Shown: positions 25,751 to 40,299 of the stretch, one piece after another | Position numbering within the stretch: position 1 is the stretch's first letter | How the letters are laid out: the number at the start of each line of letters is the position of its first letter | Source: Cycas panzhihuaensis | Lineage: Eukaryota > Plantae > Cycadophyta | DNA length: 64,000 nucleotides | NCBI GenBank assembly: GCA_023213395.1 | Contig: CM041465.1 | Span: 222,773,741-222,837,740, forward strand | Reading direction: 5' to 3' | Program-made: the position numbers and the translations under genes | The notes under the pieces: generated by a model | What the model was told of the DNA's origin: nothing | Seen by the model: the letters and a program-made list of their open reading frames with translations, nothing else | The model's database searches: none

Positions 25751-28700
25751 TGTTAAAAATTAAATTTGCTACGAAAAATAATAGATGAATGTGATGAGTG
25801 AATGATAAAGAAATGAAGCACAAGAAAAGTGAAGCATGTACAAATTAACACCACGAAATGGAAGAATGGCCAAATCTCAAATTAGAAAGAAGGATGATGT
25901 ACATATAGTACAACTCACCACTTGTGTGAGAACCCTCATTGGTCAACTTGTTATGGGCTAGCACACATTTTTATGTGGCATACAACTTAAAAAGACCTCA
26001 AATATAAAATACAAATAAATCTAAAGAGAGTGTGAATGGGGATAATTATGTAATTGGGTATTACACCCCAACATTTCCCCCTTATAATAGACAATTACAT
26101 AAAGTGAAATGTCACATCAAAGATATAAATTTAGGTCTTCAAATGGGTGTTGAAACATAAGTTGCTGCAATAACATAATCTGCTACTGATGTCCATATGA
26201 AGAGAACTCTATGCACCAGACCACATGGGTAACCAGCTACTGTGACCGTCGAATAGTTAGGATATTCCTTTGTGTACACAGTACAATCAGTGCCAAGTCA
26301 ACTTCACCCTAGGAACACAGTGTCCTAAGTGGCCGAACAAGTAAGCTGATGAAGAAATATGCACGAGTAACTGAAAAAGAGTCTCACCTCTTACCTATAT
26401 GGGGAGAATATAAGCAGCTTCTTCGGCTTCAATGGCCAGAAAACAAATGACTCTAAGGCCTTACAGGGGCACTATAGTCTTAACTTGGCTCTATGGGTTA
26501 AAACCCACGCCTCTATGGGCTTATAATGGCCTCTATGGGCTGAAATATCCAACAATAGATGTTAATACATGACTGAAAAGTAGATGTGATTCAAATACAA
26601 TATAAACAACTCTCTTAAATAATAAATTTCAATGATTTTTTAACAAATATAGGTTCTCTAGAGCCTAAAAATGAGCCTTTATGACAAATTATACTTGTTA
26701 CCCCCCCATTTGGGACACATTATGTCAATAGAATATACAACAAATGACATGGAACCTTAAAAAATACATGTATGTGCTTGAAAATGCTCAAAAAATGAAG
26801 AAAAATGAAGCTTTAAAAAAGGCTTTTGACTTTGAGCTGAAATATCTACATCAAATCAGCTGCAAATACTATCAAGTGACCTGCCAAAATAAAGATTTCT
26901 CAGTTATGATCCCAACATAACTGATGAGACTAAAAACGAAGTCTGTATGCTCAAGTTATAGGCAAAAAACTGATGATAACTCCTGAAAGATGAAAATTAA
27001 GGGCTTAACCCCTTTTATGAGCTGACAAACAGTCATACGAGTAGCACAACATGAGTGAGGGCTAATGCTTAGGAGCCAGGCGAAACTCAAATAAAGATTA
27101 AGTAAATTTAATCAATTTTGCATTTGCAAAAATGATCAACTAGATTCTATAAATTTTGGAATCCCCTAAGATGGAAAAAAAATATACACCCACGCAAATG
27201 ACATTAATTGATTAAAAAAATAAAATCATCCTAAAAATGCTAGGGTTTTGATTTGTTGTCTTCCACCATTCTTCTATCCAAGGCTGCCATTGTTATTATA
27301 GGTCAATGAACATGATGATGACGACTACTTCATCGATTGCAATGGCTCAATGAGATGTTTGAGATGGCACCCGATGCAAGGTTGTAGGCATTGCTTCTTA
27401 GTTGTAGGTTTGCAGGCTATGCAAGATCACGTAAACCCCCTTCGATGGCTCCTCTTCATTGACAACAGTTGCAGATTTTGTGCAAGTGGCTTCTCTTTTG
27501 TTCTTTATCTCTAAACTTCATTGATCTTTTGCATAGGGATGACTTTCCCTAGCGATGAGCATAGTGACGAGGCAGCGAGATAGTTGCAGGTCAAAGATGT
27601 TCGACAAGCTTCTTTTGGACCATGATTGTCCTCTTCTTCCTTACAAATTTTTCCCCACATTTGATTACAATCCTCTCATGAGGACGACTATGACTAAGCA
27701 TCTGAGAAATCTCTCTGTTCTCTTTTCTGCATGCTTCTATGATCCATGACTACGATTGAGGAGCTGAGTCAATGAGTGTTAGCTTTGGGAACGCAATGGC
27801 CATGTATAGACTTGGTGTATTCTACTACTTTAGTTTGAAAGGGTGTGTCGTGATGTAGGCATGTATATGGCTCAAAGAGGGCAAGAAGTTTAACTTAGGT
27901 GTAAGCTTTACAGGCATGGCTCTCTCGTTAACCTTGTCTCTGCATCATTCTGAGATCTATCATAATAGAAGACCCAATTCATATCACTCAGATTCTCACA
28001 ATCCTCCATATGAAGATCATGTATGATGAACATCCTAGTCATGTCTACACAATCACTAGAACTTATTGATCCTCAAACCGCCTCTTTGGCTTCCTTCAAG
28101 TACTAAAATGTAGCTTGAACAATCCTCTTTGCATTGGACTGCAACATTCCAAAGGCGCAAATAGAATAATACATGAATGCAAGCAATGGCACTTCTAAGT
28201 GCCCATTGCATTGACACAATCCCCATGGCCGCTCAAAATGGGCCAAGCAAAAATAGCAAATATAGCTTTAGTTATCAACCTCGTGGAATTTTTTTTTTTA
28301 ATAACTAATATATTTAGGCTCTTATAAACTTTCTGCCAAAAGAAATTCATGGGTTCTCTTTATGCAAGCAGGAAGAAACAATAAACTACTGATAGTACTA
28401 ATTATTTCAAAGGCTAGACAAAGCTGAGAGTTGGATGCAAACTATCTAAACAAAGAGTCTTTGATATTGACAAGATTAAACGCCAATATAAATATCCAAT
28501 ATTTTGTCAAAAAGAAAAAAACCCAAATTTTTGAGCTATAAGGATGGCCAGTCCCATAGCTTTTTCTTCATATTACAGGGCTTTTCATTTCTGAAAATAA
28601 TCTCCTCCTAGTTGATGGCAGACATGTTGCTTCGGTAGGGTAATCAGGTATGCATGAGCAACTAATCTACTCATTTTTTCTCTATGAACAACAACTTCAA

Positions 28701-29522
28701 AAAGGTCTTCAACATAACAACTTTTTTCTTTCTAAATCTACCATTTTTTGCCTCTCTTTTTAGCTTCAAATAGCTTCAAAAAATAGTTCTTTTAATAGCT
28801 TCAAAATTGCTCCAACACAGACTTCAAATAGCCTTAAAACCAGCTCTAATCAAGTTTCAAAACAACCTTAAAACAACATCAAAAAAGAAACTTTTAATAG
28901 CTTTTCATAGGATTCAAAGCAGCCTCATAATAACATCAAAACAACCCCTTAAAATTTTGAGAATCAGTGATGAAAATAGCCGCAAATGTATCTCAGATGA
29001 TAATGAAAAATAGTCCCAAAAATGTGCATTAAAAAATGCAATAGAATACAGCCTCAAATATTTTGAAAATGACTAAATAAGTCACTAATCAAGCATAAAT
29101 TGGTTCCTCAAACAATTTGACAAGGCTCTAAAAAATTGAAAAGAATAGGCTCTAAAATGTTGCCTTCAAAGATTCAAACCTTGGGCTCTAATACCATGCT
29201 AGAAAATAAATCGGCTATGAAAAAGAATAGATGAATATGGTAAGTGAATGATAAATAAATACAGCAAAAAAAAAGTGAAGCATGTACAAGTTAACACCAT
29301 GAAATGGAAGAATGGCCAAAACTCAAATGAGAAAGAATGACGATGTACATACTTATAATACAACTCATCTCTTGTATAAGAGCCCTCATTGGTCAACTTG
29401 TTGTGGGCTAGCACACTTTTCTATGTGGCACACAACTTAAGAAGACCTCAAATATGAAATACGAATAAATCTAGCAAGAGTATAAATGGGGATAATTATG
29501 TAATTGGATATTATCTACAACA
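25751..29522 (-). mobile_element. Non-autonomous LTR element without pol (LARD/TR-GAG-like)
   Basis: LTRs at 25751-26073 and 29197-29522, PBS at 29185-29196, PPT at 26074-26083, TSD CCGAT/CCAAT. Only faint gag-like remnants near 27500-28170. Confidence 0.9.
28755..28960. repeat. Low-complexity short tandem repeats (about TAGCTTCAAA) in the leader
   Basis: Repeated AGCTTCAAA/CCTTAAAA units. Confidence 0.6.
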
Positions 29523-29653
29523 CCAATGAGAGATGGATGGAACACTCATAAAATGAGCTACAATGGCAAAAGCATAACTAATATCAGACCTAGTATTAGT
29601 AAGGTGAATGAAACTTCCCACTTATTGCCTATACAATATAGCATCAATAGTTC

Positions 29654-29900
29654 TAGTATCTACCTCTTTAAACAACTATAGGCTAACTTCCATGGGGGTA
29701 GCCATTGGCTTATAGTCTTTCATATGGAAACGTTTTGACAAACTATGCATAGTTGGATTGTGAAACAAATACGTTATAGTATCTACCTATTTAGACAACT
29801 AAAGCCAACTTTCATGGGGGTATCCATTGACTTATAGTCTTTCATATGAAAATGTTTTGACAAACTATGTGCATACTTGGACTGTGAAATAAATATGTTA
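29654..29900. repeat. ~123-bp tandem duplication within RT of unit 1
   Basis: TAGTATCTACCT...CATGGGGGTA...ACAAACTATG starts at 29654 and 29777. Unit 2 has a single copy. Confidence 0.9.
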
Positions 29901-32900
29901 TCATCATTATTCTGCCAAAACTCCGAACTAAGATAGTAATGCAAAATGCCAAGATCAAACATCTCAAAGACTTTAGAAAGACCCTTTTTAAGAAATTCTA
30001 TCTAAGAAGTACTACTACCGATGAAAATAAGATCATCAACATAGAGAACAACAATAAGCATTTCATCATCCTTATGTTGGATATACAAGTTATGATCTGA
30101 TTCACAACAAATGAACCCTCAAGTGATGAAGTATTCACCAATGCATGCATACCATGCCCTTGGTGCCTACTTAAGCCCATACAAGGCTTTCTTCAACCTA
30201 CATACAAGTCACTCTTGGCTAGTCTGTACAAAGGCTTCAGGATACTACATATAAAATTTCTCATCAAAAATACCATGAAGAAATGCACTCGACATCCATT
30301 TGGTGGAGTTCCCAACCAAAGTGAGATGCAAGGGTAGTCAACATTCGAATGCTGGTTATTTTGGCCACAGGTGCAAAGGTCTCCTCAAAGCCCACACCTT
30401 CAATCTAAGCATTACCCTTAGCTACAAGTCGAGCCTTATATTTGTCGATGTCACCATTTGATCGATACTTCACCTTATGTACCCATTTATAACCAATCAC
30501 CTTCTTTCCTGGTGGAAGCTCAACAAGATCCCAAGTATCATTCTTCGGTATATGGTTATACTCCTCCTACACAGTTCTCTGCTAAGGGGGTGCATCCTTG
30601 GCTTCAACAAAAGATTTAGGTTCATCTGTGTTTAGGACATTAAACATCAAGGCAAAATTTACCTTATTGCATGTCAGCATGCCTATACGAGTGTCAACAT
30701 CACTAATGTTAGAATCTTTTATGGTTTGAGTATATCATTTGCGTAACATAGAAGAAGAAGATGATGATGATGGAAATTTTGCAAGTATTTCCTCACTCTC
30801 TTCTTTCTTTACACTAGTTTCACTCTTCACCTTTATGTGTTCAACATTAGCATTTACAACAGGACTTACATCCTCATCAGACTCAAAAAAGAGTGTCCCT
30901 ACTAATTATAATTTTTTTTTCTGAGAGATCCTAGAGTCTATAGGCTTTGGATGACTCAATATACCCTACAAGAATCGACTTGCAACTTTTATCAAGTTTC
31001 TGTCACTTTGCATCAAGTACATGTACATAAGCAGTATAACCAAAGACTTGAAGATTACTAGTAGAGGACTTTCTTCTTGTTCAAGCCTCTCTAAGAGTCA
31101 TATTTCAAACAATTATTGTAGAACTTTTGTTTAAGATATACATTGTTGTGTTCATTGCTTTAGACCCCAAGCCATTCAACGCATTTTTGGCCTTAAGCAT
31201 ACATCTCACCATTTCAACAATGGTGCGATTCTTCCTTTCCACTACACCATTTTACTGCAGTGTATAAAATGTCAATTGCCATTTGGTGCCACGGTTTTGG
31301 CAACAAGTAATGAACTTAGTAGATAGGTATTTACCTCAACTATCACTCCTCAGAATTTTGATCCTCTTTTTAGAGAAGTTTTTTGCCTCAACTTTGAACT
31401 TCTTAAACTTCGTACATGCTTATAACTTATTTTTTAGAAGATAAATCTATATCTTTCAAGTCAAGTTGTCGATGAAAGCCATAAAGTATCTCGCTCCAAA
31501 TGAAAATAATGTTATTGGTCCACACAGATTTGAGTGTACCAATTCCAATTTGTCTTTAGCCTGCCAAGTGGACTTGACAAATCTTTCCCTATGTTGTTTC
31601 CCTAAAGCACAAGCATTGCAAATTCTATTACTTTGCTACACTAAAGGAAGATCATGTACCATCTTTAACTTATTCAACAAATAAAGGCCGTGGTAGTTCG
31701 AATGACCAAAATGATCCATAATGCATCAGATGTAATTGTAGCAAAACTATGCTCAAATGAGCTAGAGAATTTATATAAACCATTCTCCTGGGTTCCTTGA
31801 GCAATTACAAAATTGCCATCTTTGATGATACATTTAACAACATCAAACACCATTTTCAAATACAATTTAATTATACAACTTATAGACAATAAGTTATGTT
31901 TGAAAGATGGTACATACAACACATTAGAGATGTTGATATTATTACCAAATTACCTGAGAACAATTGTACCTCTACCTACTACTCTCTATATGGACTGTCA
32001 TCTCCAAGAATTATAATCAAATTGTTTTCCTTCTTAAGTTCCTTAAACCATTCCATGTGAAAGGTAATATGGTTAGAGACTCCTAAATCAATGTTCCAAA
32101 TACCTGAAGTGCCAGAAATAGCACTAAACACAAACATTTTTGTCGTCGACAAGTGGAGCTATGATTTTACCAGCAACTTTCTTCTTTTTATCCGCCTTTT
32201 ACCCCCAATAATTCTTTTCAAAATGACCAGTCTTTTTGCAATAAGTGCATGTGACATCCTTCTTTCCTTTGGATTCACTTATGCTCAGAGAGAGAGGTTG
32301 AGCTTGTTTAGGAGCATTCGCCTACAATTTCTTCTTAAATTAAGAAGTCAATACCATTCCACTACTACTATCTGCATATCCACCCATGCATTGTTCTTTG
32401 AGCAAGACAAGTCCAGCTAATCCTCCAAGTGTCAAACATTGTGATCTCTCAATCATGCACAAATTGATGACAAAAATGCGATAGCCTTCGTGGAGGTTGT
32501 TCAATGCGATGCTCACAAGTTCTCTCACCTTAGCTTTCTCACCAATGGCTATTAATTGATCTCTAATCTCCGTAAGTCTTTATAAATGGACAAAGATAGA
32601 GTCATCAATAATTGTTTTACAAGCATACAATTGATTCCTAAGGTATAAAACTCTAGTTTTGTTCTTTGATTCATACAAATCTTTCAGTGTTTTTCATGCT
32701 TCCACAAATGTTGTCTTGCCTTGCAGATGTGTGATGAGTTCATCTCCAACAAGCAAACCAATAATTACAAGCACCTCTCTAGCTTTCTCCTCCCAATCTT
32801 CCACATATTTAACCATTACTGCTGAAGTAGTAGAGGTCAATATAGCAAATGTTCCAACTATTGTTGCAGCTTAAGGGGTTGCCTGAACTATCTTGGGTCC

Positions 32901-34239
32901 CTTGCCTTCAATTATTTTCATTAATCCTCTTAGAGCTAAGATATTGGATATTTTAAACTTCCATATTACATATTTTTTGCCATTTAGCTTTAGAGACTCT
33001 CAAATAATATAAACAACTATGGACATTATGACAAAAAATTGCAATAAAACTGTGATCTCAAGCATGAGTTTATAAGAATACTTATAGGCCGCAAGGTCTA
33101 TTTACAAATCTAAGCTCAAAATATGATTACAACTTGAATTTTTAAAAATCGAGGTCTAATGGAAAAGTTATGGTAATTAGCACTTTTAAGCACTAAAGCC
33201 CCCTTCACCACGTGACTGTGGGCAAAAAATAAAGATGTAGATCCCACAAATTACATCAAATATGATTAAATTTCACTAACTTAATGTTCAAAACATTATA
33301 AAAGTGATAAATAATAATTTATATCTGATGGTTAAAAAATTTGATATGACATCGTCATCCAAAATCATGTGCATGCCATCGTGCAAGATCGTGGGCTCAC
33401 CAAAGCCATTTCTTGACAAAATTCCGCAAACGAGTAGTCGAAATTGGGGTTTTTGACCACCATCTATGCATCTGCAACCTTAGATAAGAGGAAAAATGAT
33501 CACAAATGACAAAAAATCAAGTTGAAACGAGATTTACAAACCCTCCAACTTTGTATGCTTTATATGGCAAAATAAGGGCAAAAAATCAAGTTTTTGATGC
33601 AGTGTTTGCTGCAAAATTGATCTATGATGAGTCTAAAACAATTCCACAACATTAAAAATCACAAAAACTTTGAGTTTTAAATGCCCATTTGTCTCAGAGT
33701 CGCCCAACCATCAAAATCGTCTCATTTTTCCATCTGAATCCCTCATGAGTTTGCATAAGATTTGCAAAAATTCACAAGGAACCACCGTACAATAGTAATA
33801 ATGCCCTAAAGATCTTATTTGTAACAAAAAACTAAGAAAAGCCCCACAAAATGAATAGTGGACTCAGATACCATGTCAAAGAAAATGAGAATGAGATTGA
33901 ATTGAAACTTCAAAAGAAAGAAAGAAAGAAAGTTGAGAAATTATAGAAGTGATAACAATGAAAATTTATTTGTATTAAATCACCTGCAATATGTGCTTGT
34001 ATCTACTCCAAAGCTCCCATGTAATCTCCCTCAAAGTTCTTGGCTTGAAAACTATTATTGAGACAATGACTCACTCATCAATTTAAGGAGTATGTCAAGG
34101 AGTTGAGGAAGTTAACGTGAAAGCAACTAACCTCTCATTAGTTAACCCACTAACATGAAGTGCACATTATTAACATTATTAAGTGCACATAATGAAATAC
34201 ACAATAATGTAATGAAATGCATATTATTTTTAACACCCC

Positions 34240-37200
34240 CTCATAATGTGTAATTCATTATCCCTCACAAACAAAAGCCTCCTAAGCCTCTCAAATTTCT
34301 CACAGCTGAAAGCCTTAGTGAGAATATCTACAAGTCGGTCCTCTGTTGGATAGTATAGCAACTCAAATATTTTGCTCTGCACCTGTTCTCGAATGAAATG
34401 ATAATGTACTTCCATATGCTTTGTCTTGGCGTGGAAGACTAGATTAATTGACAACTAAATTACACCATGATTATCGCAAGAAAATGAAATGGACTCATCC
34501 TGCAAAACCTCAACATATCCAAGTAACCTCCTTAGCCAAATTACCTCACAAGTAGCTACGACTGCAGCTTTATACTCTGCTTTTGTAGAAGACAAGGAGA
34601 TGATTGCCTACTCCTTACTGCACCAGGAAATCAATCCAGATGTAAACAGAAATCTTGTAGTTGATCTATGATCGTCAACATCTCCAACCCAATCTAAGTC
34701 ATTATAGCCATGCATTTGGAACTCATCAACTCTTGAGAACTAAAGTCCAAATCTAATAATGCCCTTAACATACCTCAATATGTGTTTTGTTGCCTTCCAA
34801 TGAGAGATGGATGGAACACTCATAAAACAAGCTACAATGCCAAAAGCATAACTAATATCAGGCCTAGTATTAGTGAGGTAAATAAGACTTCCCACTTATT
34901 GCTTATGCAATGTACCATCAACAATTCTAGCATATGCCTCTTTAAACAACTTGAGGCCAACATCCATGGGGGTAGCCATTGGCTTACAATCCTTCATACG
35001 GAAACATTTTAACAATTTGTGTGTATACTTGGACTATGAAACAAATACGCTATTATCATTATCCTACCAAAACTCCAAACCAGCATAGTAATGCAGAATG
35101 CCAAGATCAGACATCTCAAAAACTTTAAAAAGGTCCTTTTTAAAAGATTCTATCTAAGAAGTACTGCTACTAGTGAAAATGAAGTCATCAATATAGAGAA
35201 CAACAATAAGCATCTCATCATTTTCATGTTTGATATACAAATTTTGATCTAACTCAAAACGAATGAACCTTCAAGTGATGAAGAGTTCATCAATGCATGC
35301 ATCCCATGCCCTCAATGCCCATTTAAGCCCATACAAGGCTTTCTTCAACCTGCATACAAGTCACTCTTGGCTAGTCTGTACAAAGCCTTCAGGCTACCAC
35401 ATATAAACCTCCTCATCAAAAATGCCATGAAGAAATGCACTTGACATCCATTTGGTAGAGTTCCCAACAAAAATGGGATGCAAGGGTAGTCAACATTAGG
35501 ATGGTGGTCATTTTGGACACAAGTGCAAAGGTCTCCTTGAAGACTACACCTTCAGCGTGAGCATAACCCTTAGCCAAAAGTTGAGCCTTGTATCTGTGAT
35601 GTCACCATTTGATCGATACTTCACCTTGTATACCCATTTACAACCAATCACCTTTTTCCAAGGTGGAAGCTCAACAAGATCCCAAGTATCATTTTTCAGT
35701 ATGGAATTATACTCCTCCTGCATAGTTCTCTACCAATGGAGTGCATCCTTGTGCATCCTTGGCTTCAACAAAAAATTCAACTTCATCTGTGTTTAGGACA
35801 CTAGATATCAAGGCAAAATTTACCTTGCTATTTGTCTGCGCACCTATACTAGGTGTTAATATCACTAATCTTGGAATCTTTTATGGTTTGAGTATACCAT
35901 TTGGGTAATTTAGAAGAAGAAGAAGAAGAAGAAGAAGATGGAATATCTGCGAATATTTCCTCACTCTTTTCTTTCTTTACACTAACTTCACTCTTCACCT
36001 TTATGCTTTCAGCATTAGCATCTACAATAGGAATTGCATCCTCATTAGACTCAAAAAAGGAAAACATTCTTACTAATTACAATCTTTTTTTCTAAGAGAT
36101 CCTAGAGTCTATAGCCTTTGGATAACTCACTATACCCTACAAGAATGCACTTATAGCTTTTATCAAGTTTTTGTCACTTCACATCAAGTACATGTACATA
36201 AGCAATACAACTAAAGACTCGAAGATTACAAGCAGAGGGCTTTATTTTTGTCCAAGCCTCTTCAGGAGTCATATTTCAAACAGATATTATAGGACTTCTG
36301 TTCAAGATAAACATTGTTGTGTTCACTACTTCAACCCATAAGCCATTCAGCATTTTGGCCTTGAGCATACATCTCACCATTTCAATAGTGGTGTGATTCT
36401 TCCTTCTGGCTATACCATTCTACTATAGTGTATAAGATGTTGCCAATTGCCATTTAATGCCATGGTTCTTGCAGAACGCAATGAACTCAGTAGACAAGTA
36501 TTCACATCCATTGTCACTCCTCAGAATTTTGATCCTCTTTTTAAGAGAAGTTTTCTACCTCAACTTTGAATTCCTTAAACTTTCTAAATGCTTCTGGCTT
36601 GTTCTTCAGAAGATAAATCCATATCTTTCTGGCCAAGTCATCAATGAAGGTCATGAAGTATCTTGCTCCTAGTGTGATTGGTCCACATAGATTTAAGTGT
36701 ACCAATTCCAATTTGTCCTTAACCTGCCAAGTGGAGTTGACAAATCTTTCCCTATGTTGTTTCCCTAAAGCACAAGCATGCAGATTTTATTACTTTTCTG
36801 CACTTAAAGAAGATCGTGCACCTTCTTTAACTTATTCCATAAATAAATGCCCTAGTAGTTCAAATGACCAAAATGGTCATGCCATAATGCATCAAATGTA
36901 GTTGTAACAAAACTATACTGAGATGAGCTAGAGAATTTATGTAAGTCGTTCTCCTAAATTCCTTGAGAAATTATAAAATTGCCATCTTTGATAACACACT
37001 TAACAACATCAAACTCCACTTTCAAATTCAATCTAATTATAAGACTTACAGAGAGTAAGTTATGTTTGAAAGATGGGACATACAACACATCAAAGATGTT
37101 GATCTTATTACCAGATTGCCTAAGAACAATTGTAACTTTACCCACTACTCTATGTTGACTATCATCTCCAACAATTATAATCAAACGGTTTCCTTCCTTG

Positions 37201-38200
37201 AGGTCCTTAATCCATTCCTTATGAAAGGTAATATGGTTAGAGCCTCTTGAATCGATGTACCATGTACCCAAAGTGCCAAAAATAGCACTAAACATAGACA
37301 TTTTTATCATCGGCAGACAAAGTTGTGGTTTTACCAGCAACTTTCTTCTTTTTATCTACCTTTTTCCTCCAACAATTCTTTTCAAAATGACCAGTCTTTT
37401 TACAGTAGATGCACATGATATCCTTCCTTCCTTTGGGTTCACTTATGCTAAAAGAGAGAGATTGAGTTTGTTTAGGAGCATTCGCCTCCAATTTCTTCTT
37501 AAATTGAGAAGTCAATACCATGCCACTACTGTTATTCACATATCCACCCATGCGTTTTTTTTCGTGCAAGAGAAGTCCAACTAATTCTTCAAAGGTCAAA
37601 CACTGTGACCTCTCAATTAGGCACAAATTGGTGACAAAATTTACAATAGCCTTTATGGAGGTTATTTTATGTGATGCTCACAGGTTCTCTCTACTTAACT
37701 TTCTCACCAGCGTCTATTAATTGATCTCTAATCTCCTTAAGGCTTTATAAATGGGCAAAAATAAAGTCATCAATAATCATTTTACAAGCATACAATTGAT
37801 TCCTAAGGTATAAAACTCCACTTTTGTTCTTTGTTTCATATAGATCTTTTAATGTTTGCCATGCTTCTATAGATGTTGTCTTGCTTTGCAAATGTGTGAT
37901 GAGTTCATCTATAATAGACAAACCAATAATTGTGAGCACTTCTATGTCTTTATCCTCCCAATCCTCCACATCTTTAGCCATTACTGTTGAAATAATAAAG
38001 GTCGATCTAACAAACATTCCAACTATTGTTGCAGCTTGAGGGGTTGCCTAAACTAGCTTGGGTTCCTTACTTTCAACTATTTCCATTAATCTTTTTAGAG
38101 CTAAGATATTGAATATTTTAAACTTCCATATTACATATTTTGTGCCATTTAGTTATTGTGACTCTCAAATAAAGTAACCAACTATGCTCACACTAGATAT
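34240..38200 (-). pseudogene. pol: Copia gag-pol, unit 2
   Basis: EAWQTLKDLYE (gag), CIYCKKTGHFEKNC, WYIDSRGSNH (PR), FHAKTKHMEVHYHFIRE..DILTKA (RH). Confidence 0.93.
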
Positions 38201-39928
38201 TATCATAAAAAACCACAATAAAACCGTGACCACAAGCGAGAGTTTATAAAAATACTCAGAGGCCGCAAGGTCTGTTTATAAATCTGAACTCAAAATATGA
38301 TTACAACAACTCAAATTTTCAAAAATGGAGTTCTAATAGAAAAGTTATGGAAATTAGCACTTTTAGGCATTAAAGCCCCCTTCACCACATGATTGTGGGC
38401 TAAAAAATAAAGGTGCAGAGCCCAAATTACATCAAATATGATTAAATTTCATTAACTTAATATTTAAAACATTATAAAAGGGATAAATAATAATTCATAT
38501 TTGACGGTTAAAAAATTTGATATGTCGTCACTGTCCACAATCATGCATGTGCCATCGCAAGAGGTTGTGGGCTCACCAAAGCCATTTTTTGATAAAATTC
38601 AGTAAACGAATAGTCAAAATTGGGGGTTTTGACCACAATCTACGCATCTGCAACCTCATATAGGAGGAAAAATAATCACAAATGATGAAAAATCTAGTTG
38701 AAATGAGATTTGTAAACCCTTCAACTTTTTGTGTTTTTTAAGGCAAAATGAGAGCAAAAAATCTCATTTTTAATGCAATGTTTGTTGCAAAATTGATCTC
38801 TAATGAGTCTAGAACAATTACACAACATTAAAATTTGCAAAAACTCTAAGTTTTGAATGGTCGTTTGTCTCAAAGTCGCCCAACAATAAAAAACGTCTCA
38901 TTTTTCCATTTTAAATCCCTATGGGTTTGCATAAGATCTGCAAAAACTCACAAGGAACCACTGTATAACAACAATAATGCCCCAAAGATCTGATTTGTAA
39001 CAAAAAATTAAGAAAATTCTCACAAAATGAGCAGTGGGCTCTAATACCATGTCAAAGAAACTGAGAACAGGACTAAACTAAAACTTCAAAAGAAAGCAAG
39101 AAAGTTGAGAGATTATAAAAGTGATAACAAGGAAAATTTGTTTGTATTAAATCACTTGCAATACATGCTCGTATTTGCTCCAAAGCTCCCATGCAATCAC
39201 CCTCAGAGTTTTAGGTTTGAAAACCATTATTGAGAAAATGATTTACTCCTCAATTTAAGGATTATGTCAAGGAGTTGAGGAAGTTACATGAGAGCAACTA
39301 ACCTTTCATTATTAACCCACTAACATAAAGTGCACATTATTAACATTATTAAGTGTGCATAATGAAATACACAATAATGTAATGAAATGCACATTATTTT
39401 TAACAGAAATCCCCAGTGGTTGAACCTCGATAGGGTCGTTAATCCAAAATTCGAGCTCCTCTAAGTCCTCACACTTGTCATTGCTCCTATTTTATAGCTA
39501 GTACAATGTAGTTCTTTCCTTCATGGTTAGGCAAAAATCTAGGATAAATCACTCCCTTGGGAGGGCTTGGGGATTAATGGATAGGGTGCCTAAGACAGTT
39601 GTTTTTGGGATAAGGATCTCGACGATCCTCCCATCCATTGGGAGTCTTTGCTTGTTTGCTTTTCTCCTCGGGAGAAATTAGCTAAAGGTTCTTTGCTTTT
39701 GCTCGAATTTCTTTAGTTCTTTTTTGTTTCTTTTGTATTGCTTGATTTAACACCTAGCTAGCAGTTGCTTACATTTCTTTGCTTAGCACACACTTAGAAA
39801 GGCATCTCTCTTCCTTTCACGAAGGAGTTGAAGATACATCGAGACTTGTTATCGTAGTTGCATTTTGCAAAGGCCACTCTTCCTCCTTGCTTAAGGATTC
39901 CTTAGGTGACCCATCTTAATCGACATCA

Positions 39929-40299
39929 CTACCTAGGACTATACAAGGTCTCACCTTCTCAAGGTATACTAGAAAGCCATTGTGACTAAAACCTTAAGGG
40001 CAAAAATCAGCCAGGGTAGCATCAAACTGATCCTGAAGAGTGGTGATCCTAAATTGATCTCTAGTTGGAAACTGATTACCCTGCTTAATGTCTCCTATAA
40101 ATCCTTCGCCAAAGCTTTGGCCAAGCATGTCAAACATATTCTCTCAAAGATCAAAACAGACAGGTTTCACAAAAAGAAGATACATCCTAGATAACTTCAC
40201 TAGTGCACGAGAGGGCATAAAGTGGACTACGCTTACCTTTGAGAATACCCTCTTTACGAAGATTGATTCTGAAAAGGCTAATGATAAAGTTAAGTGGCC
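39929..40299 (+). mobile_element. LINE ORF2 RT segment
   Basis: IKLILKSGDPKLISSWKLITLLNVSYK, QTGFTKRRYILDN, KIDSEKANDKVKW (KLDFEKAYDRV-like). Continues the frame left at 22296. Confidence 0.9.

Larger units (their letters stand above)
25195..33030 (-). pseudogene. pol: Copia gag-pol, unit 1 (interrupted at 25751-29522)
   Basis: LYVPSFKHNLLS, DSDWARDVD and TKHVEVHYHFIRE motifs, colinear with unit 2. Confidence 0.9.
24839..39405 (-). mobile_element. Tandem Copia dimer with three LTRs (central LTR shared)
   Basis: LTRs at 24839-25187, 33874-34235 and 39050-39405. PBS at 33862-33873 and 39038-39049, PPTs after 25187 and 34235. Two colinear decayed gag-pol units, flanks AGAAT/GAAAT. Confidence 0.93.
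22297..39928 (+). mobile_element. Probable ~3.1-kb solo LTR (22297-24838 plus 39406-39928) split by the tandem Copia
   Basis: Interrupts the LINE ORF2 frame with TSD ATACC/CTACC and ends ...GACATCA. Has TATAAATA near 23007 and an LTR-like GAAGTGCTGCTAAAATTT. No coding, PBS or PPT seen. Confidence 0.6.

Noticed and set aside
26921-26950. CTGATGAG...CGAAG as a hammerhead core
   Set aside because: No GAAA and no pairing for stems II or III. CTGATGA near 26346 fails for similar reasons.
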